Shown: piece by piece, positions 9,176 through 18,088 of the stretch
How positions within the stretch are numbered: position 1 is the first letter of the stretch
Layout: each line of letters begins with the position of its first letter
Virus record (IMG/VR): IMGVR_UViG_3300045988_063800
Coordinates: 1 to 64,000 of that record
Strand: one strand, 5' to 3'
Length of the DNA stretch: 64,000 bases
DNA from: a virus
The notes under the pieces: model-generated
Seen by the model: the letters and a program-made list of their open reading frames with translations, nothing else
The model's database searches: none
What the model was told of the DNA's origin: nothing
Made by a program: the position numbers and the translations under genes

Positions 9176-9305
9176 CCGTCACCTCCTTTTTAATTGCTTC
9201 GAACTGTTGTATGATGTTGTCTATCGTCTTGCCGCTGTAATCAACGGCAATTTCTTTCAGCACGGCAATCTGTGCCGTAAGTCTGATATAATCTGCCTGT
9301 TTCAT
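9165..9305 (-). CDS. small hypothetical protein (46 aa)
   Basis: Hand-translated as MKQADYIRLTAQIAVLKEIAVDYSGKTIDNIIQQFEAIKKEVTDED. It fills a gap in the operon. Confidence 0.35.
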   Translation of the reverse strand: MKQADYIRLTAQIAVLKEIAVDYSGKTIDNIIQQFEAIKKEVTDED

Positions 9306-9323
9306 TATTGTCGCTTGTTTTTA

Positions 9324-9455
9324 TTAAATTTTCCGTGTTTCTCCTTTTGAGAGTTTCAAGAGCTGTATAGTTTCGAGCATTGACCTGCTGCTACCGCAGT
9401 CAAACCCTGCGTCTTCCAGCTTCTTTATGTGCCGATTCTCCTCTTCTTGTGTCAT
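9324..9455 (-). CDS. small hypothetical protein (43 aa)
   Basis: Hand-translated as MTQEEENRHIKKLEDAGFDCGSSRSMLETIQLLKLSKGETRKI. Its start overlaps the upstream gene's stop. Confidence 0.35.
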   Translation of the reverse strand: MTQEEENRHIKKLEDAGFDCGSSRSMLETIQLLKLSKGETRKI

Positions 9456-9634
9456 TGTTCTCTGCTTTCGGGTTTGTGTTCTTCGTTCCATTCTTCCTGA
9501 AAGTCCGCAAGTTTTCTGATGATACCCATGAAAACGCTAAAACTTATAGGTTCCGTGACTGCCGGCTCTGTAATTATAACGCGGCTTCCATCGTCAAACA
9601 CTCGAACTCTAAATGTTATCTTTACATCCTGCAT
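9452..9634 (-). CDS. small hypothetical protein (60 aa)
   Basis: Internal ATG (MQDVKITFRV...) of track ORF 9452-9733. It starts 2 nt after the YopX stop. Confidence 0.45.
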   Translation of the reverse strand: MQDVKITFRVRVFDDGSRVIITEPAVTEPISFSVFMGIIRKLADFQEEWNEEHKPESREQ

Positions 9635-9635
9635 A

Positions 9636-9998
9636 TTAGCCTCCTTTCTGCTTATCGTGAATATTGCCCTTAACAACAGCATACCAGCATAAATCTGCCC
9701 CAAGAGAGTAAGTTGTACCGCCCTTTGGGTCATCTTCTCTCAATCTAAAAGCACCGTATGTTTCGGACCACGCTATCTTATATAAAAATAAAGCAACTTC
9801 TACAACATCGCCCTCATATACCTCTTTACCGCTCTTGTCTTTCAGTCCTGTGTACTGCCCGACCGTATCGGGGTCTACCTGCGCCATGTTATTTCCGTTA
9901 TCGTTGCTTATGTACACTCCGTCTACGAGATGGAGTAAGTCGCCATACACCCATTCGCCGTTATCGAGACGCTTGCCTTTGAATTTGATTGTTCTCAT
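9636..9998 (-). CDS. YopX family protein
   Basis: MRTIKFKGKRLDNGEWVYGDL...TVGQYTGLKDKSGKEVYEGDVV is the classic YopX signature. Confidence 0.8.
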   Translation of the reverse strand: MRTIKFKGKRLDNGEWVYGDLLHLVDGVYISNDNGNNMAQVDPDTVGQYTGLKDKSGKEVYEGDVVEVALFLYKIAWSETYGAFRLREDDPKGGTTYSLGADLCWYAVVKGNIHDKQKGG

Positions 9999-10001
9999 AA
10001 C

Positions 10002-10583
10002 TTATTCCTCCTTCAATTTATTAAATGTCCATATATAACCTCCTGCATGTTTATAAAAACCTCTTCTACACTTTCTGATTAACTCGGAACATATTCCTGT
10101 ATCTCTGGCTGCACTCGCAGCAGAAGGGTATGCTTTTACGAATTTCATATTTAAAGTGTATTGAAAAGCTGGCACAGAACATCTTTTCCCAATTTTTCGT
10201 TTTGTTTCCTCGCTTCTCGGATGTCTTATTTGATTCTTTACGTGAACTGCTGTCAATGGGTTGTGCTGATTTTCTATTCTTGTAACCCATTTTAAATTAT
10301 CTACGTTATTATTTGTTTTATCTGTGTCAATATGGTCAACCTCTGGCTTATGCTCAGCATTCTCTATAAAAGCAGACGCAACGAGTCTATGTACGGAAAA
10401 TCTTTTAACTTTATTCTCCTTCCATAACATAATATACTCATATCCGTCTCTTCCAATAGATGGTTTCTTTAAACGTTCTTTACCTACCTTGTATCTTTTT
10501 AGGGATTTTATCCGACCAATAGAACTAATCTGATATAAACCTTCGTAACCAACAATATCTTTCCAATTTTCTTCTTCTGTCAT
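10002..10583 (-). mobile_element. free-standing HNH homing endonuclease (NUMOD4 + HNH_3 + C-terminal HTH)
   Basis: WKDIVGYEGLYQISSIGRIKS is the NUMOD4 motif. HRLVASAF...EVDHIDTDKTNNNVDNLKWVTRIENQHN is the HNH motif. Confidence 0.85.
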
Positions 10584-10598
10584 ATTAATTCTCCAGTT

Positions 10599-10736
10599 CT
10601 ATATTATGTTCATCTGCGAAACTATCTTCTGCATCCTCGCAATAACGACCTTCACAAAGCGTCTCGGGTATACCCAATTTGTAGGGATGGTGCCCTTTCC
10701 TGTGGCTTTGCTACGAACTCTAATTGTCCTTTGCAT
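10599..10736 (-). CDS. small hypothetical protein (45 aa)
   Basis: Hand-translated as MQRTIRVRSKATGKGTIPTNWVYPRRF... Supported only by gap filling. Confidence 0.25.
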   Translation of the reverse strand: MQRTIRVRSKATGKGTIPTNWVYPRRFVKVVIARMQKIVSQMNII

Positions 10737-10740
10737 AGTT

Positions 10741-11193
10741 CTAACCTTTCAATCTGTTTAAGAATGATACATAATACTTATGGTTGATGTATTCGTACTT
10801 AAATTCAAGCATATCATCGTCTGAAATATCGCCCATGTCATTTATAATAAGCGTTGGGGAATCGTATGATTCACAAAAGCCGTGGTCGGACAAATGACCG
10901 TCAAGCTCCATTTGGTCTTTCGTGGGCGCATCACAGAAAAAGTAATCAAGGCTTGCTCTGATATGGTCGTTGAGCCATTCTTGGCTTGTCTGTGGGTCTA
11001 TGTTCACAAGCTCATAAGAGAGTCTTGCCTTTGCAGCCATTATCGCCTTGGCTCGCTTTATTTCTTCGTCAATCTGCCGTTCCAACAACTTGCTTGAGGC
11101 GAGTGCTGCACTACTCCGTGTCTTGAAGTATTCACGCTGTGCGGCTCGCATTTGACTTACCTTGTGAAAGAATGTCTTTTTATCCATTATCAT
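10741..11193 (-). CDS. hypothetical protein
   Basis: 150-aa track ORF. No motif recognised. Confidence 0.6.
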   Translation of the reverse strand: MIMDKKTFFHKVSQMRAAQREYFKTRSSAALASSKLLERQIDEEIKRAKAIMAAKARLSYELVNIDPQTSQEWLNDHIRASLDYFFCDAPTKDQMELDGHLSDHGFCESYDSPTLIINDMGDISDDDMLEFKYEYINHKYYVSFLNRLKG

Positions 11194-11473
11194 TCTTTTT
11201 TAGTTCTTCGATTATGTTGTTAAGCCTACCGCACTCATCTATGTAGTAGTCTCTCTGACGCTTCAACTCTTCGTAATGATTCTTTCTTTTCTCATACTGA
11301 ACAATCGGATAGTGCAGAAAGTCTGAAATTCTACGCCATACGTCGAAGTAGTCATCAAGGATGCCGCGGTCAAAAAAAGCTTTAAAAATAGCATACGGAA
11401 TGTAGCAAACAATTATTACAAGAGCCAGTAAAACATACATAGCTCCGTCATAGATTTTATAAATTGTCTTCAT
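11180..11473 (-). CDS. hypothetical membrane-anchored coiled-coil protein
   Basis: 97-aa ORF with an N-terminal TM (AMYVLLALVIIVCYIPYAIF). Confidence 0.55.
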   Translation of the reverse strand: MKTIYKIYDGAMYVLLALVIIVCYIPYAIFKAFFDRGILDDYFDVWRRISDFLHYPIVQYEKRKNHYEELKRQRDYYIDECGRLNNIIEELKKNDNG

Positions 11474-11583
11474 TCATTAATCCTCCAGTTCTTTAAGAGC
11501 TTGCGCTCGTAGGCTTCACCCATTGTCATAGGCATAGCCTTCACTGTCTTTGTACCAGTGTACTGTTTCATTTCTTTGTTCAT
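11470..11583 (-). CDS. small hypothetical protein (37 aa)
   Basis: Hand-translated as MNKEMKQYTGTKTVKAMPMTMGEAYERKLLKNWRINE, with an ATGA overlap onto the next gene. Confidence 0.35.
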   Translation of the reverse strand: MNKEMKQYTGTKTVKAMPMTMGEAYERKLLKNWRINE

Positions 11584-11591
11584 AGTTATGT

Positions 11592-11837
11592 TTATTTTGT
11601 TGGTTTTAGCGGATACTTCTCACTCCCGACAATGCGATACGAAACGACCTCTGGTCGGCTTTCCAAATCCTTTATCGCATCTTTAATCGTATCAAAACGG
11701 CATGAGCAAACGTGCTTTGAGTTTGTATTGACAAAGCAAAACTTGTCGGTCGCCTTGTCCTTGCAGAAAAGGACGGTGCAATCACGTTTAGGTGGACGGC
11801 GTTTGCAGTCTATTATCATGTACTTTGTTCTATCCAT
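11592..11837 (-). CDS. hypothetical protein
   Basis: 81-aa track ORF, Cys-containing. Confidence 0.5.
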   Translation of the reverse strand: MDRTKYMIIDCKRRPPKRDCTVLFCKDKATDKFCFVNTNSKHVCSCRFDTIKDAIKDLESRPEVVSYRIVGSEKYPLKPTK

Positions 11838-11843
11838 ATTGCT

Positions 11844-12434
11844 CTATTTTACAAGTTCAAAATCGTATACGAATACCCAAGGATTGCTCTCCCATGTGCC
11901 CTTGCCGCTGATTTTGTCTATCAGGGCAGCGTAGGCTTCTTTCGCTGTTCTGAACGAAGAGTTGACAAGACCGTGATACCAATACGTCGTACCTTCAAGC
12001 CCTACGTTGTTGTCACGCCAAACGCCTTCCGCTATGCAATCTTCCTCGCTGATGTCTTGCAGACGCTCGACACGAATGTTAGTAATGCGGATGCGGTGCG
12101 GCATAAAGTCTGCCTTCACAAACATCTTGTTGTGGCATCCTTTCTCGAATATGACCTTCCCTAAAAGACGGAAAAATTCACCGTCATACGCCAGATCTGC
12201 GTACTTCTGCGCAATGGCTACCTCCTCGCCAATTTTATAGCGGGCGGTTTCAAAACTATTGTTGCAGAGCGTAAGCAGAGCCTGTCCGTTGTCGAGCTTT
12301 TTGAGTTGAAAATCTTCATCATCAAACGTAATAAACCCATTTGGCATATAGGCTATTCGTCTTGTCTGCGTCTTTCTGCCTTCGAGTACAGCTTGTGTTA
12401 AGCCGTACCTGTCGTTGAACATAATATTTTTCAT
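11844..12434 (-). CDS. ASCH-like (PUA-fold) domain protein
   Basis: The N-terminus LTQAVLEGRKTQTRRI resembles the ASCH signature (GxKTxExR). The gene lies immediately downstream of RtcB. Confidence 0.45.
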   Translation of the reverse strand: MKNIMFNDRYGLTQAVLEGRKTQTRRIAYMPNGFITFDDEDFQLKKLDNGQALLTLCNNSFETARYKIGEEVAIAQKYADLAYDGEFFRLLGKVIFEKGCHNKMFVKADFMPHRIRITNIRVERLQDISEEDCIAEGVWRDNNVGLEGTTYWYHGLVNSSFRTAKEAYAALIDKISGKGTWESNPWVFVYDFELVK

Positions 12435-12450
12435 ACTCTACGCTTTTATG

Positions 12451-13626
12451 TTATTTTGCCTTGAAGTTATATGTCGGCTTAATTCTCTTCACTATCTCTA
12501 CCGTGTCGCCTATAAGCGATTCTATCTCTTCGGCAGACTTGTACGCCATTGGCGACTCGTCGATTGTAGACTCACAGACGGATGTAGAGTATATGCCCTG
12601 CATCTCCTTGCTGTATTCGTCCATACTGAGCGTTTCCTTTGCCTTGACTCTTGACATAAGGCGACCAGCCCCATGTGGGGCAGAGTAAAGCCAATCCCCG
12701 TTGCCCTTACCTCGACATATCAACGAGCCGTCACGCATATTGAGGGGGATGATTAGCTGCTGGTCTTTTTCGGCACAAACAGCTCCCTTACGGATGATAC
12801 CTGTATCAACGTCAAGATAGTTGTGCGTCGTTGTAAAGGAATCCAGGAACCACACTTGAAGCTCACGGAGGATTGTGGCGGCAATCTCCCATCTATTTGC
12901 ACAAGCAAACTCTTGACAGCCTTGCATGGCGAAGAGATAGCTGTAAAGACTCTCGCCTTCGAGGTAAGCAAGGTCGGGAGATATGGTATCCAGGCGATGC
13001 AGCGCGTTGTTTATCTCGCTCTCTATGCCCAACTTCTTATATTCCTCTATAATGCGTTTGCGCTCGCCACTTCGATTCACATTCTTCTGTGCCAACTCCT
13101 GAAAATAATTGCATACCTTCACGCCAAGATTGCGACTGCCCGAATGCACTACCAGATATTTGTAGCCTTCATCGTCCTCGTCGAGTTCGATGAAGTGATT
13201 GCCGCCACCTAATGTGCCAAGCGAGCGTTCCATATAGCTACGGTCGAAACAGCCCCCTGTTATCCAATCCAAGTCACGCAAAATGCGATGTATTTTTCTA
13301 CCTGCGGCTTCGGGTATGGGATTGTCGTGAACACTGAACCCGCTCGGAATGTTGTCATTGATGATGCGGTCAAGAAGCGATAGGTTTATATCCTTCTTAT
13401 TGAGTTTGAACACCAACATTCCGCAACCTATATCCACACCTACGGTATTGGGTACAACCCTGCCAGCAGTCTGTATTACCGTGCCTATGGTGCAACCCTT
13501 GCCTGCATGACAGTCGGGCATGATGCGAATTTGGCAGTCACGATACGCCTCGCTCGCTGCCATCTTTTCAATTTGTTTCTTTGCCTCTGCTTCAATGGTT
13601 TGGGCAAAAATCTTTACGTTCTTCAT
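12451..13626 (-). CDS. rtcB: RtcB family RNA 3'-phosphate ligase
   Basis: 391 aa with MPDCHAGKGCTIGTV, GGGNHFIELD and PHGAGR, all diagnostic RtcB motifs. Confidence 0.92.
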   Translation of the reverse strand: MKNVKIFAQTIEAEAKKQIEKMAASEAYRDCQIRIMPDCHAGKGCTIGTVIQTAGRVVPNTVGVDIGCGMLVFKLNKKDINLSLLDRIINDNIPSGFSVHDNPIPEAAGRKIHRILRDLDWITGGCFDRSYMERSLGTLGGGNHFIELDEDDEGYKYLVVHSGSRNLGVKVCNYFQELAQKNVNRSGERKRIIEEYKKLGIESEINNALHRLDTISPDLAYLEGESLYSYLFAMQGCQEFACANRWEIAATILRELQVWFLDSFTTTHNYLDVDTGIIRKGAVCAEKDQQLIIPLNMRDGSLICRGKGNGDWLYSAPHGAGRLMSRVKAKETLSMDEYSKEMQGIYSTSVCESTIDESPMAYKSAEEIESLIGDTVEIVKRIKPTYNFKAK

Positions 13627-13651
13627 GCTCTATATTTTCGTTAAGACATTA

Positions 13652-13930
13652 TTACTTATTCTTCTGCTTCATAAGATTCTCCCTTTCCTGCTGCATCTTT
13701 TTCAAGCGAATAGCCAACTTATTGTCGGTGCCATACTGCTTGAAGAGTAGATGCGACTTATACTTCTCTGCACAAACGAAAAGAAAGAGTACGAGAGCGT
13801 TTAGCACTACAATCAAGAGAATGGGTAGCATTACTAACCACCACGACCAACTGATTGCTCCGCAGAGTTTCATTACGATGAAGGCTACCTGAAGTGATGC
13901 CATCATAAAATCAATAATACCAAATTTCAT
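13652..13930 (-). CDS. small membrane protein
   Basis: 92-aa ORF with 2-3 TM segments. Confidence 0.55.
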   Translation of the reverse strand: MKFGIIDFMMASLQVAFIVMKLCGAISWSWWLVMLPILLIVVLNALVLFLFVCAEKYKSHLLFKQYGTDNKLAIRLKKMQQERENLMKQKNK

Positions 13931-13937
13931 ATCTCTT

Positions 13938-14381
13938 TTATACTTTTAGTTCTGCGTTCAAGCCCAGTGCCCAAAGGATATGTTGGAGTTCGTGAGCGTA
14001 TTGTATTTCTCGTAACTTTTTGCCGTCGAGGTAGGCGGCAAACTTGTTTTCCTCGACCTCGTACACGATATTGATGCCGAGGTCGTAATGATAGTAGTCA
14101 TACCATTCCGAGGTGCCATCCTTTTGATGCTGCTCCTCCTTAAAACCGTTCTTTTTAAGTATTTCGGACGTGATGAGAATACCTTCGACATTACAGCACC
14201 AAGCTCCCCAAGGCCCGTCATCGTCATCGTTGATAGCACTTAGACTGACAACTCCTTTTTTATCATTAAAAACTTTTAGGGGATTTATATCAGAAACAAC
14301 GCACATTGTGCCTTTCGGAAACATGCAATCTTGGCTTACCCTTACAAAGTCGCCTATTCTTAGGTCTTCTGGTTTAATCAT
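13938..14381 (-). CDS. hypothetical protein
   Basis: 147-aa track ORF. Confidence 0.6.
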   Translation of the reverse strand: MIKPEDLRIGDFVRVSQDCMFPKGTMCVVSDINPLKVFNDKKGVVSLSAINDDDDGPWGAWCCNVEGILITSEILKKNGFKEEQHQKDGTSEWYDYYHYDLGINIVYEVEENKFAAYLDGKKLREIQYAHELQHILWALGLNAELKV

Positions 14382-14476
14382 TTTCCTGTGTGTTCTTTTG
14401 TAATTACTACTCTTCCATCTTTTTTGTCATAAGGGCAATTAAACATTTGAGGACAAAGACCGCAGCTTATAATGTG

Positions 14477-14818
14477 TTATCTATATTTGTTGATAATGTT
14501 GTAAATCGCTTGCACGTCTTCGTCGGTAACTTTATGACTAAAACTACCCATACCCAAAAGTACGCTTGCCTCCGTTAGCATTTTTCCTCGGAGTTTACAT
14601 CTGTTGAACTCGGCAATTTCTTCTTCTGTCACAATTGAACATTTAACGCAACTGCCATTAATGCACCGACCATCAGATTTGCGGAATTTGACGTTCCTGC
14701 TATCTTTGAATTGTCTTGGCGTTACTTCTGTAACTGTTGCGAAATGCGGAGCGTTACCCCACCAACGTGAGTAATACTTAATTTTATCGCCTACTTTAAC
14801 ATTTGAAAAATCAGCCAT
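14477..14818 (-). CDS. hypothetical protein
   Basis: 113-aa track ORF. Confidence 0.55.
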   Translation of the reverse strand: MADFSNVKVGDKIKYYSRWWGNAPHFATVTEVTPRQFKDSRNVKFRKSDGRCINGSCVKCSIVTEEEIAEFNRCKLRGKMLTEASVLLGMGSFSHKVTDEDVQAIYNIINKYR

Positions 14819-15365
14819 TGTAAGTCGTTTTAAAATTATCGTAAATTTCCAAGTCGTTCCACCATTCTTCTCTGCCGAGTTCTACGTGTTTGTTTTCGGG
14901 TGTCTTGTGCTTTGCAACTGCCTTTATCCACTCATTCGGAACAAACGCATTGAACGATTGCAAACCGCTGTTTTTCTTCGTCTTGCCGACTACCTTGCCC
15001 CCGATGTAAAGATAAAGCGGATGATATTCACCTTCAAAGCGGTAGCAGAGAGCTTGGAGCTGCTTGTGCTCTATCTCGCTGTAAAATGTTACCTTATAGC
15101 GGTTTCCTCTGTGCAAAGCAGCGAGTGCGTGCATGAAGTCCTCGTAACCAAAGTGCGTGTTCTTCTTGCCGTTCAGCTCGTAGAAGTATCTCTCGAAGAT
15201 GTCGCGTCGCATATAGAACCAAAGAAAATCCATGTCGTCGTCTGACATTTGCGGAATTGACTTATATACAATCTCCTGCCAAACGTGCTGTCGGAGGTGC
15301 GAACCTCTTGCGAAGCCCTCAACCGCATGGAGGAAGTCGTGGCGGTCGAGTTCAAGTTTAATCAT
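14811..15365 (-). CDS. hypothetical protein
   Basis: 184-aa track ORF overlapping its neighbours by a few nt. Confidence 0.6.
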   Translation of the reverse strand: MIKLELDRHDFLHAVEGFARGSHLRQHVWQEIVYKSIPQMSDDDMDFLWFYMRRDIFERYFYELNGKKNTHFGYEDFMHALAALHRGNRYKVTFYSEIEHKQLQALCYRFEGEYHPLYLYIGGKVVGKTKKNSGLQSFNAFVPNEWIKAVAKHKTPENKHVELGREEWWNDLEIYDNFKTTYNG

Positions 15366-15645
15366 CTTTTCTCTCCTTTTGTTGGTTTTTCATTCTATAA
15401 TACATCCTTATCATTGCGAGCATAAGCGCCCGACGTTTGGCGTATTTACGAAACTTTGCCAATTTACGATAGCTCATGTGCGAGAGCGTTGTCTCTTTAT
15501 AGCGCACTTCAATATCAATCTCGATGCCGTAGTCGTGATAAAAGGCTCTTGTCATTTGACGGTACACATTGTGCATATCGTGAGTAACTCTAAAGTTTTT
15601 CATTTTCCACCTCCTTCCGGCAGCAAATCGTCGATATAGCACCAC
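15358..15645 (-). CDS. hypothetical basic protein
   Basis: 95-aa track ORF. Confidence 0.5.
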   Translation of the reverse strand: MVLYRRFAAGRRWKMKNFRVTHDMHNVYRQMTRAFYHDYGIEIDIEVRYKETTLSHMSYRKLAKFRKYAKRRALMLAMIRMYYRMKNQQKERKDD

Positions 15646-15917
15646 TTGGTGATACCATAATTACTTACAACTTTATCCCACGGCGTGAAGTCATATAAGG
15701 CGGTAATAGTTGTTTTTACATCCACTATTTCATTGCCATATTGTACTATATACAGGATTCGTTTGCCCTCATTTGGCATTTTGCTTGCATCATGCCAAAT
15801 AGAATCTATAAAACTCTTTGCACCAGCCCTGAAGGCTTTGTCTATACAGCTTCTCAGCATATCAGCAGTTGGTTTTGTGGTAGCAGATTCTGCTGTCGCT
15901 TTCTCTTGGTTAGTCAT
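15600..15917 (-). CDS. hypothetical protein
   Basis: 105-aa track ORF. Confidence 0.5.
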   Translation of the reverse strand: MTNQEKATAESATTKPTADMLRSCIDKAFRAGAKSFIDSIWHDASKMPNEGKRILYIVQYGNEIVDVKTTITALYDFTPWDKVVSNYGITKWCYIDDLLPEGGGK

Positions 15918-15923
15918 AATTAT

Positions 15924-16640
15924 TTATTCGGGATTATTGTTTGTACCAAGCAGACGTTCATTGCCTTCGTAGGCGACGCAATAACGATAGGCGGTGTCTA
16001 TACAAGCATAATGGTATTCATTATTATTCAGGTAATGTGAGAAATAGTTAGCGCACCATGTATTCTCGCAATCATTCCTCACCAACACCTTTTGAAATGG
16101 TTCAAACGAACACTTAGGCTTGAAAGTCTTCTTAACAGGTTTGATTCGCAGTGTTTTTGGGTCGTACTTACCGACGTAATGCCTTTCTGCTGCTGCGATA
16201 AACCCCGCTCGCTCCTCGTCGGTGGCTTTGCGAAAAAGCCATGTGAAACAAATATTTCCTTTACCCCATTTGTCGCACATCTTGCAGTAGTCAATAGTTG
16301 TGTTAAACTTTGTATAATCGTCATTTGCCCAACCGTCAAAGACTACCGCTGTTTCTAAATCACTATCGACCAGTACGTCGCCACGCTTGAAGAACTTGCT
16401 CCAGCAACGCATTTTGTCAGATGGGAAGAGTACACAGTCCGCATCCTCTACCTCATAAAGATAGTGACCGTATTTTGTAAAAGATACAGGTGAGGTTTTA
16501 ATTTCGGGATAAACAACGACTGGAAATTCGTTGTTGTTAGAAATTTTCTCAAACTCACATTTACCATATAAAAGCGAATACAGCTTTGTGCCTTTCGGGC
16601 AGTCGCGGAGTATTTCCGCAATGTTAATTTTGTTCTCCAT
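15924..16640 (-). CDS. hypothetical protein
   Basis: Track ORF 15924-16688. The likely start is the ATG at 16640 (MENKINIAEIL). Confidence 0.6.
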   Translation of the reverse strand: MENKINIAEILRDCPKGTKLYSLLYGKCEFEKISNNNEFPVVVYPEIKTSPVSFTKYGHYLYEVEDADCVLFPSDKMRCWSKFFKRGDVLVDSDLETAVVFDGWANDDYTKFNTTIDYCKMCDKWGKGNICFTWLFRKATDEERAGFIAAAERHYVGKYDPKTLRIKPVKKTFKPKCSFEPFQKVLVRNDCENTWCANYFSHYLNNNEYHYACIDTAYRYCVAYEGNERLLGTNNNPE

Positions 16641-16827
16641 CTTCTTTCTCCGTTTCTTTTGATTCGTATTTAAGTTTGTAGGCTTCAATTATTGCCTGCT
16701 GTAAGCCTATAAGTTTCAGCGCCTCTCGGTAGTCCGCCTTCAACTTGTTGTATATCGAATTTCTACCAGTGAAGTACCACATACCACAAATGCAGGCAAA
16801 ACAAAGGGTAAATAATGCTATTCCCAT
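16624..16827 (-). CDS. small membrane protein
   Basis: 67-aa ORF with an N-terminal TM. Confidence 0.5.
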   Translation of the reverse strand: MGIALFTLCFACICGMWYFTGRNSIYNKLKADYREALKLIGLQQAIIEAYKLKYESKETEKEDGEQN

Positions 16828-16828
16828 G

Positions 16829-17168
16829 TTATTCGGTTTTAAAATTGTTGATGTTGTAAATAGTTGTTACTATCGGATGAAGACTCATACTACCAAGGCT
16901 TGCGTCACTGTTAGTGTCATCCTTGAAGCTGTATGTGATTGTGCCACCGAAGCGCATCATCGTGACCTCAATATCCTTACCTCTGTAACTATAGTTGAGT
17001 CTCGTAACGTCTCTTTTAAGACGATCGAGTAACTTTTCTGGAGTAAAATCCTCTCCAAAAACAAACTCAGCGTTTTTTGAAGAACTTCAAGCTGTTTGCA
17101 AGAGCCTTCGTCTTCTTGTTGTGAACGCTACATTTTGGACGTTCGCAGTAAAATCTTTCTTCTGTCAT
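16829..17168 (-). pseudogene. gene split by a frameshift at a homopolymer (33-aa N-part plus an 85-codon open C-part with no start)
   Basis: The ATG at 17168 gives MTEERFYCERPKCSVHNKKTKALANSLKFFKKR*, with the stop at 17067-17069. The +1 frame stays open from 17086 to 16832 without an upstream ATG. The junction is the T6/A6 run at 17073-17078. Confidence 0.4.
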
Positions 17169-17181
17169 ATTTGCTGTATTA

Positions 17182-17379
17182 TTAGTGTCTTAATATGTGC
17201 GCCTTCACCACCTTATGAATCAGGTGTGGCTGCGCCTTGTTAAACTCCTCTACAAACCAACGTTCGTATTCGTCTTGAAAACGTGGGCTGCGGAGTTTTC
17301 CAATCGGGGGCAAAATGTCTGCGGCAATCTTTCTCTCATTGTCTAATGTCAGTTTGTCTAATGTCAGTACGGCTTTCAT
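17182..17379 (-). CDS. hypothetical protein
   Basis: 65-aa track ORF. Confidence 0.5.
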   Translation of the reverse strand: MKAVLTLDKLTLDNERKIAADILPPIGKLRSPRFQDEYERWFVEEFNKAQPHLIHKVVKAHILRH

Positions 17380-17540
17380 AGCTTCCCAGTTTTAAATCCT
17401 AACTCCTTTGCTATTGCAAGGAAGTCGGAGAGCTTGTCGGGTGAGACGCTGGTCTGCTTGCCTTGCGAACAGACAATACCATCTTCAACCTTGAAGTAGA
17501 TATTGCCATCCATGTTGATGTAGTAAATCTCACTCTCCAT
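17376..17540 (-). CDS. small hypothetical protein (54 aa)
   Basis: Hand-translated as MESEIYYINMDGNIYFKVEDGIVCSQGKQ..., with an ATGA overlap onto the next gene. Confidence 0.4.
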   Translation of the reverse strand: MESEIYYINMDGNIYFKVEDGIVCSQGKQTSVSPDKLSDFLAIAKELGFKTGKL

Positions 17541-17541
17541 A

Positions 17542-17868
17542 TTACTTCACCTCCATATTGATTAAATCGTCAAAATCTTCTTCCGTCTTGCAGTCGTAGC
17601 AGTAAGTCAGCGTGCCGTCAGCATCCTTTGTGAGTATCATAATGCTGTTCGTATCGTTCAGCAAGTCAAGCAGCATATCTGCTCGAGAGAAATAATTTAC
17701 GTTGTCGTTGATTCTAAGCCAATGTGCGCCAAGAATAAAACTTGTTGTGCGGGAACCCTCTTGTTCGCTTGTGTTCTCGTCGTGGCGGATAAGAACATAA
17801 TTGCGTTCTCGTATGATAGCCCACACATCGCGCAGCCTGTTAATAAATTCTTTGATTGTTTTCTTCAT
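17542..17868 (-). CDS. hypothetical protein
   Basis: 108-aa track ORF. Confidence 0.55.
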   Translation of the reverse strand: MKKTIKEFINRLRDVWAIIRERNYVLIRHDENTSEQEGSRTTSFILGAHWLRINDNVNYFSRADMLLDLLNDTNSIMILTKDADGTLTYCYDCKTEEDFDDLINMEVK

Positions 17869-17879
17869 ATCTGTTGTTG

Positions 17880-18086
17880 TTACATGTTAAAGTTAATTTC
17901 CTCGGCAGAAACTATTTTGAAGTTTGCCACGTTTTTAAAACAAATACAGCCGCTGTCCTTCCTGATTATAATCAGTTTTTGATACTTTTTGTTTGGGTAC
18001 ATCGCGGAGATTGTATCAGCCGAAATGATTGTCGGCATACTATCTCCGTGCTCAAAAATCAAAAGGAAGTATTGTTTGTTTACCAT
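17880..18086 (-). CDS. hypothetical protein
   Basis: 68-aa track ORF. Confidence 0.45.
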   Translation of the reverse strand: MVNKQYFLLIFEHGDSMPTIISADTISAMYPNKKYQKLIIIRKDSGCICFKNVANFKIVSAEEINFNM

Positions 18087-18088
18087 GT

